Shown here: positions 1-18,238 of the stretch, piece by piece
Numbering within the stretch: position 1 is the stretch's first letter
Layout: the number at the start of each line of letters is the position of its first letter
NCBI RefSeq assembly: GCF_009914755.1
Contig: NC_060926.1
Reading direction: 5' to 3' (one strand)
Length of the DNA stretch: 64,000 nucleotides
DNA from: the human T2T-CHM13v2.0 reference genome, Homo sapiens
Notes under the pieces: model-generated
Databases searched by the model: none
What the model was told of the DNA's origin: nothing
The model's input: only the letters and a program-made list of their open reading frames with translations
Translations under genes and position numbers: made by a program

Positions 1-287
1 ATGAAAACTTTTATGATGATCCACTTCCACTTGAGGAATAAATATTTTTATTTTCCTTATGATTTTCTTAGTAACATTTTTTCTCTACCTTACTTTATTG
101 TAAGAATACAGTATAATGCATATAACATACAAAAATATGTGTTAATCAACTGTGTTATTGGTAAGGCTTTCAGTCAGCAGTTGGCTATTAGCAGTCAAGT
201 GTTTATGGAGTCAAAAGTTAGACACAGATTTTCAACTGCACAGAGAGGTCAATATCCCTAAACCCCATGTTGTTCAAGGGTCAACTA
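1..287 (+). mobile_element. Tigger2-family DNA transposon, 3' end (cut by window edge)
   Basis: Ends in TTGTTCAAGGGTCAACT followed by TA, matching the Tigger2 terminal inverted repeat and TA target site. Confidence 0.75.
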
Positions 288-289
288 TA

Positions 290-1209
290 CCAAGGAAAAC
301 GTGAACAAAATGAAGAAAGACATGAAACCTATTTTAAAAAAGATATGAAACTTCTTGAAATGAATATTCATGTCAGAAATGACAAACTTACTATATGTGC
401 TTAACATCAAATTTTAGACACTATAATAACTTAAAGATATGGTGTAAGAAAACTTCCAAACTGAATCACAGAAAGGAAAAAAAATCCTGAACAAAATGGG
501 CAAGTATTTACTTATGGGACAATACCAAGAATTCTGAGATCTATGAAATTAAAATACTTAAATTCAAGAATCAAAAAGGGTGGAGGAAGAGGAATTGAAT
601 AAACTAATGTTTTTAAATTTAATGAGAACTGTAAGCCCACAGAGGCTCAATATGCTCAACCAATCTCAAGCACAAACATCATAGTCAAATTGCTGAAAAC
701 TAGTGATAAGAAGATAGCCTTAAAAGCAACCAGAGTAAAAAGGCATTACTTAAAGAAAAGCAAAAGGAGAATTACACTGATTTCTAGTTAGAACTAATTC
801 AAGCCAAAACAAACAAACAAAAAATAGAATGACATATATAAAGAGACGAAGAAAAACTATCAATTTGCTATCCAGTGAAAATATACTTTAAAAAGAAGTG
901 AAAATAAAGGCTTTTTCAGATAAACAAAAACAGAGACAGACTTGTCATTAGCAGACTTGTACACAATAAATGTTATATAAAGTTTTTTCTGATTCAAGTA
1001 AAAGGGTACCCCATGAATACCTAAATCTACACAAAGGAATAAAGACAGTGGATAAGGCTAATATGTGGATAATATATTACTTATATTTTTGAATTTTCTA
1101 ATTTGTTAAAAAATAATTATAAGATAACACTGTGAAATTCATTAGACATGAAGAAATATAATGATTAAAACAATAGCAAAAAGGGTAGGAGGGAGAAATG
1201 AAGGTACAC
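290..1209 (+). mobile_element. Old L1M fragment (ORF1 3' region), probably resuming near 5680
   Basis: A-rich, decayed ORF1 C-terminal signatures (TATCCAGTGAAAATATAC...TTTTTCAGATAAACAAAAAC). Confidence 0.6.
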
Positions 1210-5712
<4,503 letters not shown>

Positions 5713-6284
5713 TAAATTCTAGAATAGCCAATAAAATTTTTTAAAGAGGTAAATATAAGTTAAATATTGGTGAGAAAATGAAACAATAACAAATCGTTTT
5801 TAATTTGCCAATATAGGAAGAAGTAACCAAAGTCAGTGTAAAAACAACAACAACAAAAGTAGAAAAAAACTATTATAGTGATGAACCCAGCAGGATGTTA
5901 GGGTATTTGTCTGAATTGTTTGATGTTTATGGTATCTGTCAGCTCCACAAAATGTGTGATTTGTTGTGTTTTCTTTTCTCTTTCTAAGTAAATATTCATT
6001 TTTATCTCCAGTTTTGTATTTGAAATTTTGTATCACTTTTTTCTTAAAGAGAGCCCTCAGAATTATTTAAGCTTTATGCCACACAAGACCTTTAGACAAG
6101 GTGCTGCTGGAGGACCTGTGAAAACACAGAGATGGCCCCTCATTAAGCTTTTGAAATGGGTTGTATGTCTGTCTTTGAACGCGCTTGCTAACAAAAGTTT
6201 GTATATATGACAAAATTGGGTCTAAAATTTGTTTTCAATGTGATACACTACCTGGTAAAGAGCTTGTAGAGGAGGAACCAAAGC

Positions 6285-6409
6285 AAGGTAGCCATATAAT
6301 TTATCAGCCAAACGAGGACACTTTTAAGAGTGCTAAACTACTAAACTGAAAGGGACACCAGCATAATAGGCACAAAGTCTGCTTCAAGCAAACTGAACCA
6401 ATAGCCCCT
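6285..6409 (-). mobile_element. MER94-like hAT-Blackjack relic
   Basis: CCATATAATTTATCAGCCAAACGAGGACACTTTTAAGAGTG resembles the recalled MER94 end. Confidence 0.55.
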
Positions 6410-6504
6410 CACCTACTTCCAAGTACTGGACACTGCAGATAGCATCCAGGAAATAATTTCTGACAGACCAAATGGGCTTACATCAGTTTTTAACAGTTGG
6501 AATT

Positions 6505-6705
6505 TATGTGTATATACACATACATATGTATACACATGTATGTGCCTATGTATATGTGTATACACATATATACACATGCATGTATGTGCATATACATGTG
6601 TATATGTGCATACATGCATGTATACATATATTTGCATATATATACAAATTCTCTTACAAACTCTGTGTATGTCTGTGTGTATATATATGCTTGTATGTAT
6701 ATACT
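6505..6705. repeat. Alternating purine-pyrimidine (TA/TG/CA) simple repeat
   Basis: Directly visible. Confidence 0.9.
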
Positions 6706-6710
6706 ATAGG

Positions 6711-7188
6711 TGTAGAAAAATTCTACTTCCATCCTCTTAGGGTCCTGGCTAGGTTCAAGAATTAAATTGAGATAAAATAGATTAACAAGAGAAAAGCATA
6801 CACATTTATTTAATACACATTTTACATGGCGCAGGTACCCTCATAAAGAAATGAAGACCAAAAAAGCATCTAGAGTCAGTTGCTTTATACTGAATTGGAC
6901 AAAGAATAGTAAACTGTGAAAATGTGACTGAATTATGTGGGGAGGCTTAAAAGATAAGAGTTATTATAACAAGATCTGTATGGTGTTCTCTCAATCTCAA
7001 CTTCTTGTCCTGGAAGATAAGGATGTTGCCTTTTCTTCTAGTACAGGGAGAGTGTCTTTCACCTGCGAATTTCATCTTTTGCTCTTATGAAAGAGCATGA
7101 AGGTCAAAGTGATCTTTTTGCACCTGCTGCTTTTCAAGAGTCTATTTAAATAGTCGATATGCTAAGATAGCATATTCTAACTCCCTCA
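6711..7188 (-). mobile_element. ERV1 solo LTR, MER31/MER34-like
   Basis: TG...CA ends; minus strand begins TGAGGGAGTTAGAATATGC, as in MER31-group LTRs. Confidence 0.6.
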
Positions 7189-8514
7189 ATACGTATATAA
7201 AAGCAAACTGTTGCAAACTTTTTTAACGTATGTGTGTATACATACATGTATTGCATGTATATATCCTGTTTTTAAAAACAATCAAAATAAAATCTGCTGC
7301 TGAGGGTTTGTAAAAAAATAATTTGATAATCACTTCAGATATGTAGTCTTCACTGGGAATGGCTGAAGATGCATTTCTAGTGTCACTTCATACTCAAAAG
7401 ACACAAGGACTGAAGAACAAAATGAGGGACTTTTTAAAGGCAGAATAATTCTATTACTTGTATTATTTGTCTTCCTTATGGAATCCAGCTCATTATTTGA
7501 TACAGCATGAAAACTGCAAACCTCAAGGTTTTCTCAAAACTCTGTCAGGTCAGAGGTGAGAGTAGGCAATAAGAGTGCCCTGAAAGCTGGAGCCACAGTA
7601 AATGTATCCGGGTCTCTGCTCTCTATATATCCAATCCCCAAGCCTCCCTCTTTATATGAAGCAATCCCCAAAAGGAGTATGTTTCAGAAGCAATATGCAA
7701 TATCCTTCATTATAATCCCATGAAATGGGTAAATATGAGTGTAATCCTCACCAAATGATTATACCAAAATAGAAGGGAGTGAGCATTACAGTCATATTTA
7801 CTCTAGAATTTGAAGCCAAGTAAAAATCATCAGAATTTTGGCATGTAGTTCGTAAGTTTTGAAAAATCTCAAATATTACTAATTAATTCTCTGAGTCTGT
7901 TTCCTACTTGGAAAGAAATCTAGTATCTTACATTTCCCAAAACAGTTGCCAATGGCTTTTCATCAGGAGAGGTTCTGGGCACCTATGTCAATCAAGATCC
8001 AAGTTTCCAAATGCAAGGTGACAGCAGAGTCTTTACTAGAAAATATAGAATAGGTGCGACTTTACACTCGAATGACTTTTCGGTTTTTTGTTTGACAGTA
8101 TTCATTCTTTTGGTGTCCATGATTAAATGACTATTTATGTTACAAACAATTTTAAAATAGATTATTCTGCCTATGACTGTAATGAGAAAATAATTATTCA
8201 AAAACAATTCACTTTTAATAGAAGTTGAAATTCTGTCAATGGAATTCTGTGATTATTTTTTTTGGAGGCTTTAGTTAAAAGCGTATTGCATTTATTTCAT
8301 GTTTTGTCAATGCTATTTCTACCAAGTATAGTCATTGTCACATCACCATTATCATTATCACCAACAACTAATCTGAAGGGAAATTATCTATAGGTCGAAT
8401 AAATGAATGAAAAGAACTGTCAAAGTTTAGGGAATTCTAAATTGGTGATTTGCTCTGCGGGTCAGCACAGTGCCTGGACTGTGGCTCATGTTTCCCCCTC
8501 AAGAAGGTCCCTTC

Positions 8515-8785
<271 letters not shown>

Positions 8786-9262
8786 TCATGCTGTTTCACG
8801 CTCTTTTTTCTTTCTTTCCCTCCCTTCCTTCCTTCCTTCCTTTTTTCTTTTCTTTCTTTCTTCTTATTTTTCCATCTTGATTTACTTTCCCTCTGGTGCA
8901 TAGAAAGAAGCTAAAGAAGCTAATGCTGCTCTGCTCATGGCACACCGTCAGCACTGGTTGATAGACTTTGTTCTGTTTTAGTTCCTTATTTTTGTCTCTC
9001 TGTCCCCCCTCCCCTATCTCTAGCCTTCTGCTTTATTATATTTAAAATATGTGCTCTCATACATCATTTTATTTGTATTTCAATAAATGTATATTCTTGA
9101 AATATATTTTAAGAATTTATAAAGTTTTATAAATGGTATTGGATTTAAATATTTTCTTTTTTACTTTATACTATTCTTAAGTTCTAGCCACATTGTCATC
9201 AGTTAATGCAGTAGATTCATTCTGATAACAGTATAGTATTGTACCATGGGATGATAACACAC

Positions 9263-9564
9263 TTTATTATTATTATTATTATTATTTTGAGACAGAGTCT
9301 TGCTCTATTGCCCAGGCTGGAGTGCAGTGGTGCAATCTCAGCTCACTGCCTCAGCCTCCCAAGTAGCCGAGATTACAGGTGTGTGCACCACCGTGTCCAG
9401 CTAATTATTTTCTTTCTTTCTTTTTTTTTTTTTTTTTGTATTTTTAGTAGAGATAGGTCTTGCCATGTTGGCCAGGCTGGTCTTGAACCCCTGGCTTTAA
9501 GTGATCCACCTGCGCCGGCCTCCAAAAGTTCTGGGATTCCAGGCATGAGCCACCACACTCGGCC
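9263..9564 (-). mobile_element. Alu (J/S) with right-arm deletion
   Basis: (TAT)n tail and Alu arms; ATAACAC flanks both sides. Confidence 0.9.
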
Positions 9565-10426
9565 TATAACACAGCTTAAATGCCAGTTTCCCTAAGGACC
9601 GTCATCTATCTCAGACAAAATTTTGCCTGGTAGAAATGCTGCTGCAAACGTCCTCAAACACAGCTCCTTATGGGTCTCTGCTTGAGTTTCTATCAGGTAT
9701 ATACACTGGAATGGACTTGTGGGGTTTAATGGTACATCCATATCTAATATCACTAAGCACTGCCAGGATATTCCCCCAAATGACCGAATATGAGGATTCC
9801 CTCCCCCTTGATCTCCTCAACTTCAACATGACTTTCTCATGTTTGACATGTGGCAAATTAGTGATTAGTCATAAACTTAACTTGCATTTCTCTTGAACAT
9901 CTTTTTGTTATATACTTATTAGCCATTTGGTTTTCTCTTCTCTGAATTACCTCATCATCTTTGCCCAAATATCTATTGGCTGTCCTTTTTCTTGCTAATT
10001 TGGACATTTACTCTATGTTCTAGATATTTAATCCCCTTTTATATTTTACATATTGCAAATATCTTCTCCCAGTCTAGCAGCATATCTTAACTTGGTGATG
10101 GTAACTTTTTTAAACAAAAAAAATTGTGGTTAAAGTAAAAAGCATGAAGCTTTACCTAATGGTTTTTACTTTAGAGAATCTAATTTTTTAAATCCTTCCA
10201 CAGTTCAAGATAATAAAGATATTCTCATGTTTTATGTTATTTAATTTTGTAACGTCATCTTTATTATTTAAGTTTTTAACCCATCTGAAGGCCATATGGT
10301 GTTAATTAGCAAGTCTATTTTATTTTTTCTCTACATAGAGGGATAATTTCTTTAACATTATCCATTAATAATCCACCGTATACCTACTGATTTGTAATGG
10401 CCATCATACACTGAACTCTGTATATA

Positions 10427-11702
10427 TTAGATCGGTGCAAATGTAATTGCGGTTTTTGCACTTTGAAATTTGCCGTTTGATATTGAGATACATTCTTAAA
10501 TAAATGTGGTTATGTTATATATCATTTTAATGCGCATTTCTCGCTTTATGATTTTTGCTAATGACTTATTACTTGCTGTGTATTTTACATTTATTTTTGA
10601 CTATGGAAGTGATGTTAGACAGAAAGCAAATTTAAGTGATTTTCTTATTTGAGTTCAAAATGGGTCATAAAGCAGCAAAGACAACTCGCAACATCAACAA
10701 TGCATTTGGTCCAGGAACCACTAACAAACTTACAGGGCAGTGGTTGTTCAAGAAGTTTTGCAAAAGAGACCAGAGCCTTGAAGATGAGGAGCATAGTGGC
10801 TGGCCATTGGAAATTGACAACAACCAACTGAGAGCAGTCATCGAAGCTGATACTCTTACAACTGCATGAGAAGTTGCCGAAGAAGTCGACGTTGACCATT
10901 CTATGGCCGTTTGGCATTTGAAGTGAATAGGAAAGGTGAAAAAGCTCAGTAAGAGGGTGCCTCATGAGCTGAGCAAAAATTTAAAAAAAAATCGTTGTCT
11001 TGAGGTTTCATCTTCTCTTATTCTACACAACAACAACAAACCATTTCTTGATTGGATTGTGACATGCAACGAAAAGTGGATTTTATACTACAACCTGCAA
11101 CGACCAGCTCAGTGGTTGGACTGAGAGGAAGCTTCAAAACACTTCCCAAAACCGAACTTGCACCAAAAAAAGGTCATGGTCACTGTTTGGTGGTCTGCCA
11201 CTGGCCGGTCTGATCCACTACAGCTTTCTAATTTCAGCGAAACCATGACATCCAAGAAGTATGCTCAGCAAATCAATGTGATCCACTGAAAACTGCAATG
11301 CCTGCAGCCGGCATCGGTCAACAGAGGGGACCCAGTTCTCTTTCACAACGACGCCCAACTCTACGTGGCACAACCAACACTTCAAAAGTTGAACGGATTG
11401 GGCTTTAAAGTTTTGTCTCATCCGCTACATTCACCTGACCTCTCACCAACCAACTACCACTTCTTTAAGCACCTGAACACTTTTTGTGGAGAAAATGCTC
11501 CCACAACCAGCAGGATACAGAAAATGATTTCCAAGAGTTAATGGAATCCCAAAGCACAGATATTTAAGCAACAATTTTCTCAATGGCAAAACTGTGTTGA
11601 TTGTAATGGTTCCTATTTTGATGAATAAAAATGTGTTTTAACCTAGTTATAATGATTTAAAATTCATGGTACGAAATCGCAATTACTTTTCTGCCAACCT
11701 AA
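10427..11702 (+). mobile_element. Full-length HSMAR1 mariner transposon
   Basis: TIRs TTAGATCGGTGCAAATGTAATTGCGGTT / AATCGCAATTACTTTTCTGCCAACCTAA, TA at 10425 and 11703, 1276 bp. Confidence 0.97.
10603..11625 (+). pseudogene. Decayed Hsmar1 transposase
   Basis: MEVMLDRKQI*VIFLFEFKMGHKAAKTTRNINNAFG...VPHEL...TCNEKW...SPDLSPTNY; multiple stops and indels. Confidence 0.95.
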
Positions 11703-12559
11703 TACATGATACTTCTGGACCTTTGATACTGTTCCTTTAGTCAGTTATCTTTTCCTACACCAGTGTCATGCTGTTTTTACTCTTTGTACTAGATCCCAAG
11801 TGTTGATATGACACATTCCCCCTTTTTTTTATTTAAAAAAGTTTACATTTATTTATGGGCTTTTATTTTTCCATATTAATTTTAGAAAGCCAGTTTCTCA
11901 AATTTCATGAAAGAATCCTCCAGGAATTCTAACTAGAATGGCATTACATTTAAGATTAATTTGGAGGAGAAAATTAGGTCTTTCCCATGTTATGTAATCT
12001 CATCCTTGGATATACCATATCTCTTGACTTACTTAATTTTTCTTTTTATTAACTTTAGTAATTTAAAAAAAAATTCTTCTGCTTAAGATCTTGTGCATTC
12101 TGTTAGGTTTATTCCTGAATATCTCATAGTTTCTCTTGCTATTACCAAAAGTATCTTATTTTATTATATTTCTTACTTAGCTATATCATCTTTTGTAGAA
12201 GAGTGCTGTTGATTTTTGTATGTTGAACTTGTAATCATCATTGTTTATTTAATTTTTTCTCCCTTCCATTAATTCTTTTTTCTTTCTGGAATTCATATTA
12301 AAGGGGCATTGATATTTCTTACCTCTACCCTTCATATATCTTAATTTTTCTTTCATTCCTTCCTTTTCTTTTTTTTTAACCTTTTTCTTATGTCTTCAGA
12401 GGGAGTTCCTCAACTTGATCCTCTAATTCACTAATTCTTACCTCAGTTGCATTCTACACTTCAACCCATCCATTGAGTTATTATTCTAATAGCTCAGACA
12501 CTAAATGAAGATCACAGAGTGATCCTAATAGACATCACATGGTATAAGACAATATCCCT

Positions 12560-12584
12560 CACACACACACACACACACACACAC
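12560..12584. repeat. (CA)n microsatellite
   Basis: Directly visible. Confidence 0.9.
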
Positions 12585-12611
12585 AAATTGATATAATACA
12601 TTTTTTTTCTT

Positions 12612-13366
12612 TTTTTAAATTATACTTTAAGTTCTGGGATACATGTGCAGAATGAGCAGTTTTGTTGAATAGGTATACATGTGCCATGGTGGTTTGCTGC
12701 ACCCATCAACATGTCATGTACATTAGGTATTTCTCCTAATGCAATCCCTCCCCTTCCCCCCAACCCCCGAACAGGCCCTGGTGTGTGATGTTCCCCTCCC
12801 TGTGTCCATGTGTTCTCATTGTTCAACTCCCACTTATGAGTGAGAATATGAGGTGTTTGATTTTCTGTTCCTGGAATACAACTGACAAGGGATGTGAAGG
12901 ACCTCCTCAAGCAGAACTATAAACCACTGCTCAAGGAAATCAGAGAGGACACAAACAAATGGAAAAACTTTCCATGCTCATGGATAGGAAGAATCAATAT
13001 CATGAAAATGGCCATACTGCCCAAAGTAATTTATAGATTCAATGCTATTCCCATCAAGCTACCATTGACTTTCTTCACAGAATTAGAAAAAACTACTTTA
13101 AATTTCACATGGAATCAAAAAACAGCCCGTATAGCCAAGACAATCCTAAGCAAAAAGAACAAAGCTGGAAGCATCATGCTACCTGACTTCAAACTATACT
13201 ACAAGGCTACAGTAATCAAAACAGCATGGTACTGGTACCAAAACAGATATATAGACCAATGGAACAAAACAGAGGCCTCAGAAATAATGCCACACATTTA
13301 CAACCATCTGATCTTTGACAAACCTGACAAACACAAGCAATGGGGAAAGGATTCCTTACTTAATAA
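12612..13366 (-). mobile_element. 5'-inverted (twin-primed) L1PA fragment
   Basis: Minus-strand 3'UTR at 12612-~12872 joined to plus-strand ORF2 piece at ~12873-13366; TSD ATTTTTTTTCTT at 12600 and 13367. Confidence 0.9.
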
Positions 13367-14119
13367 ATTTTTTTTCTTAAAAATGCCACTAAATTCGACA
13401 TGCTTTGTTACACAGCAATGGGTAACCAACCAGATCTTCCCAAGATAGTACAAAATGAAGTTCCTACATTGAGAGACAGACAAAACAAGTCCAATCTGGA
13501 TTTTAAAAAGAAAATAAAAATAACCTAAAACATTTAACCTAGATTTAAAAGCAGCCTAGACAGGTCCCAGTACAGATAATCTCCTCCCTCTTACCTCTCA
13601 ATGGCATCACAGGAATCAGAACATTGGAGAATTTCCAAACTCCCAGGGGCCTTTGACATCACTAGTCTCATCCCTGTGGACTATTTTGGGGACACTTCTG
13701 TTCATAGCGCTGCAGCCTGTTTATTAACTGAGGTAGCTGGCCTCATTATGAATATGTCAAAATGTGCTTGGGTTTGCTCTTTGGATTCTCAGAGTGATTT
13801 TTAAAACACCTTTTTGATATGCTAAGAGCCTTTAATGAGGACAGAAAAAATTAATTCAAAAAACATTAAGCTGCAAAAAGAACTACTATCTCTTTTGCTG
13901 TTAGTTGACTGTCTATATGTAGGAGTTGAAGAATGAATTGCCATTTAAATACTAGCAGGCCTCACTGAAGAAGACAACCTGCTACTGACCTTAAAAAAGC
14001 AAACAGGTATTTGCCTTTAATTTGCCCCAATTTTGTAAAATTCAAGTTGCTCAGAGAGAGCGAGTGGTGATATGAGGGGAGAAGGGGTATGGGTTTTTGA
14101 CATGCTAACCCCAATGTAG

Positions 14120-14295
14120 CATGTTAAAAAAAGGAGAGGTCCTTGGGAAAGTTTTATTTTTCTCCCACTTCGCTTCAGTTTCGTCACTCATAAAAAGAAA
14201 ATAATAATACCCAATTATCACGGACAGTGTGAGAATTTATTTCTAAATTGCATGATACACAAAAGAACTCAATAAATGATAGCTGTCACTTTTAC
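14120..14295 (+). mobile_element. MIR
   Basis: Core-like GCTTCAGTTTCGTCACTCATAAAAAG; tail ACTCAATAAATGATAGCTG. Confidence 0.6.
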
Positions 14296-14729
14296 TACTG
14301 TGGTCATTATCATTAATAAGCTAGGAATAAATCTCAGTAATGCACAACAGAGTTAAAACCTAGGGAGCTCATGGAAGAAAAGCAGTTTGTTGACATATCA
14401 CTTCAAAACCAGTGAGGCCACAGAAATACCATAACTAAGTCCTTAGGGCACAGGACCAGAATCCAGGAAGTCAGTTTAGGCAAAGTATTCAAATGGAGTC
14501 AAGGGGATAAATAGCTCATGTTGATAGCAAATTTTGACCTGTATAGCCCATTTCATTTTCTGTACCATTTTTACAGGGCAATTTGCCTTAATTAATACCT
14601 GTTATAGTAATCAGGGGCAGGAACATCTTTTAGTGAAGGGCAATAAAAATAAAGTGAGAGAAAGAGATGTTGTTATCAAGAACTCCCCTTGAAGAGGCAC
14701 TTGGTATTTGAAAAGAGTACTTTGATAAG

Positions 14730-15193
14730 TGTAGCAGTCAGTGTCAGCGTTTAGCTAAGATTCTCTTGGATCCCTCTTCCTGTTTCTTTGTCCCTCATTT
14801 TCCCCAGCTTCAATGTGCAATTGCCTGTCAGGGCCCACAGCAGTGCTTCCTCTTTGAGGGATGGCCCTCAGGAAACTGTACACAGGGAAAGCCTCAAATA
14901 CATGAGGGTTTATAGCCCATTGAGTTGGCTCTTGGCCAATGATTAATGGTACCAGAGCATGGAAGCCCAGCTTTCTTGCTTCAAATCACCAACTATGAGG
15001 TGTAATTTATATGCCACTGGATAGGGGCAAGTCTAGAACTTAACCTAAGGCTGTACCTTTGCTTGGCTTCTTCCTCTTCCGCATTCTGCATCCCTCACTC
15101 TTTTTCCAGTTTCTCTTGTAAACACCTTCAATAAATCACTGGTGCTCAAATCCTCATCTCAGCATTTGCTTGTAGGGAATCCAACCTAAGATA
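14730..15193 (+). mobile_element. LTR16-family ERVL solo LTR
   Basis: TGTAGCAG start; 3' end AATAAATCACT...AAATCCTCATCTCAG...GGGAATCCAACCTAAGATA typical of LTR16. Confidence 0.75.
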
Positions 15194-16795
15194 CTGACCT
15201 ACTTAGGTGTTGGCTGCAACCCCAAAGGAATGCATAAGTACCAAAAGGTAATCGCTATCTGCCTTTTAAAATTGGTGCGCCCTATTAATTGGAGGACCTT
15301 TTTTTTTTTTTCAGTGAGTTTCAGAATATACATTTCATAGTAGTTGCTGAGGCAGAGCTGGTGATTTGTGTGATATAACCACCACCACCACCAATGCCCC
15401 ATACACACATATAAATCATACCTTCTATAAAATAATAAGTAACGTTCATGTCTCGTTTTAAACTGTTCACATGTGAAGTGGATTTTTTGAAGAATTAGCT
15501 CAAGTGCTGGGCTCTCCATCAGAATGCGCAAGATGTATAAACAAAGTTTGCTCTCATGAAGCTACACAGGGACAGACAGTAAGGTCACATTTCACTGTGG
15601 TTACACGTACGAAAGACAAGATTTTAAGTTGTAATCCACAAGAAAAAACAACAGTAATAACATTAGCCTAATCTTAATCTATTTGTTCTCCTCTTTCATT
15701 AATCCTTTAGTTAAATAAAATGTTTAATCCATTTGCACCAAGTATCACATTCTGTCTTTCAAAGTCCAACATAATGAAAACATTTGCTTCCCTCCTTCCT
15801 TCAGTAATCAAAGCTACCTTCTATCATTCCAGCTCTTCAGTAGCTCGCTCTTTCTCCTTTCCCCATTCTCCTTCCTTTGGGTATCTTCCTACCTTCCCTT
15901 AATTGAAAGCTGATGTCCTACCTTCCCTTAATTGAAGGCTTGAAAGAATGTGCACTCTCTATTTTCAGAGGCTCTGTCATCAACACAGCTGCCTGGTATC
16001 CTGTCATTGCCCGTCTCTGTCAGTTAATACAGGAACACAAAACTTCAGTGACATTATGCAAATGTGTAACTTTCCCTGGAGACGAACTGCTTGGATGCCA
16101 ATGTGTAAGTAGCACTGAAATAGCACATTGTCCACTTAGACAGCTGTGACCTACTCTAATATGTGTCACAAAAGCGAAGAAAAATTATCTTGACCTCATT
16201 TGCTAAGGGAATCTACAATGTCTAGAGTAGAATGCCATTCTTGACCAAAGGTCTCATAAGACAAACATGCCTTTAGAATTCTGTAATCTATACCATTTAG
16301 GAGGAGCCATCAATAGAAGTGGAATTTAAAGCTTAATGAGAAAAGTTGCTTATCCTAGTGCTCCAACAGGAAATGTCTTTCTGTGATCCACACCACATCC
16401 AAAATAAAGAGGAAGCAGAGAAAGTCTATTCTTCTGGTTTTTGTCAAGCTCTTCCCTCCCTTCCCCTCCCCTCACCACTCCTCTCTTCTTTCATCCTTTT
16501 GAGAAAGTCTATTCTTCCAGTTTTAGTCAAGCTCTCCTCTCCTCTCCTCTTCTTTTCTCTCTTCTTTTATCCTTTCCTGAAAGTTCATTAGGCCAATTCA
16601 ACTAATCTAGAGGTAATAAAATTCCAAGATGCCAAGCCATATAAACAATTGTTATTTAAGCATACTATTAAACTTACCTATAATTGCACCTCATGGCCAT
16701 TTTGGCCACTAATACTCCTAGTCTTCCTTTTCTTTCACTCAACAAATATTTCTTAACTATTAGCCATGATCAAGCACTTAAATACGTTCTGGGAA

Positions 16796-17138
<343 letters not shown>

Positions 17139-17282
17139 CTATTCTCAATGGGCTTGCAACCTAGTAGGAGAATTAAGATATGTATGCACATAAAATCAGT
17201 GAGACTGCGCATGTTTTGATGATCTCCAAGGATCTCAATGAGAAGGTAATATTTACAGGGAATGATAAAGGAAGGAAGTTAT

Positions 17283-18076
17283 AATGATTTTCTTGTTGTA
17301 GCTATAACAAATTACCACAAACTTGGTGGCTTAAAAACAACACAAATTTACTCTTGTAGTCCTGGAGGGCAGAAGTCTAAACTTCATCTAAACTTCACCT
17401 TAGAGAGTTAAAATCAAAATGTCAGCAGGTCTGCTTCCTTCTGGAGGCCAACCCATGCTTCCTACAGAATCTAATGGCTGCTTTGGCATTTCTTTTTTTG
17501 TTTGTTTGTTTTGTTTTTGTTTTGAGATGGAGTCTCACTCTATCACCCAGGCTGGAGTGCAGCAGCGCGATCTTGGCTCACTGCAACCTCCGCCTCCCGG
17601 GTTCAAGTAATTCTCTGCCTCAGCCTCCCAAGTAGCTGGGATTACAGGTGCCTGCCACCACGCCCGGCTAATTTTTGTATTTTTAGTAGAGACGGGGTTT
17701 CACCATCTTGGTCAGGTTGGTCTTGAACTCCTGACCTTGTGATACACCCACCTTGGCCTCCTAAAGTGTTGGGATTATAGGCATGAGCCACCGCACCTGG
17801 CTGGCATTTCATAATTTGTAACTGCATCACTCTAATAACTCCCCTTCTGACTTCACATCACCTTCTTCCAATCTGGTCTCCTCTTATATGGAGACCCTTG
17901 TGATCATATCAGGCTCACCTAGGTAATGCAAAATAATCTCCCCATCCTAAGATGCTTAACTAAATCACATCTGCAAAAATCTCCTTTTGCCATGGAAGGT
18001 AACATGTCCACAGGTTCCAGGGATTAGGACATGGACATCTTCGGTGAACAGGAGCTGCATTATTTAGCTTACCACA
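17283..18076 (-). mobile_element. MLT1 (MaLR) LTR interrupted by an Alu
   Basis: GCTATAACAAATTACCACAAACTTGGTGGCTTAAAAACAAC...GGATTAGGACATGGACATCTT...ACCACA. Confidence 0.85.
17493..17801 (-). mobile_element. AluS
   Basis: Full dimer; TSD TGGCATTTC at 17484 and 17802. Confidence 0.95.
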
Positions 18077-18238
18077 GAGGTGTTCCAGACCTAGGGAGCT
18101 TTCTAACAAAGTCATGGAAGCAGGTAGGGATACCATTGTTTGAGGAATGGCAATGTGCAGTGGAGATAGGGAACCTCCATGTATGTGATGGGCAAAACAC
18201 TACCAAGGAGGCTGAAAACTTTATTTAAAGACAACTGA

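Larger units (their letters stand above)
9040..12260 (-). mobile_element. Ancient L1 (L1ME/L1M5-like) fragments hosting the Alu and HSMAR1
   Basis: T-rich decayed antisense ORF2 signatures (TATTGCAAATATCTTCTCCCAGTC; GCTGTTGATTTTTGTATGTTG). Confidence 0.55.

Noticed and set aside
6413-6765. Several Y/H/I/C/V-rich ORFs
   Set aside because: Artefacts of the dinucleotide repeat
10603-11625. SETMAR gene or an active transposase
   Set aside because: Both TIRs present, no SET exons, multiple stops and indels: a dead HSMAR1 copy
12894-13448. 184-aa ORF as an independent gene
   Set aside because: Inverted L1 ORF2 segment running into flank; no promoter or splice evidence
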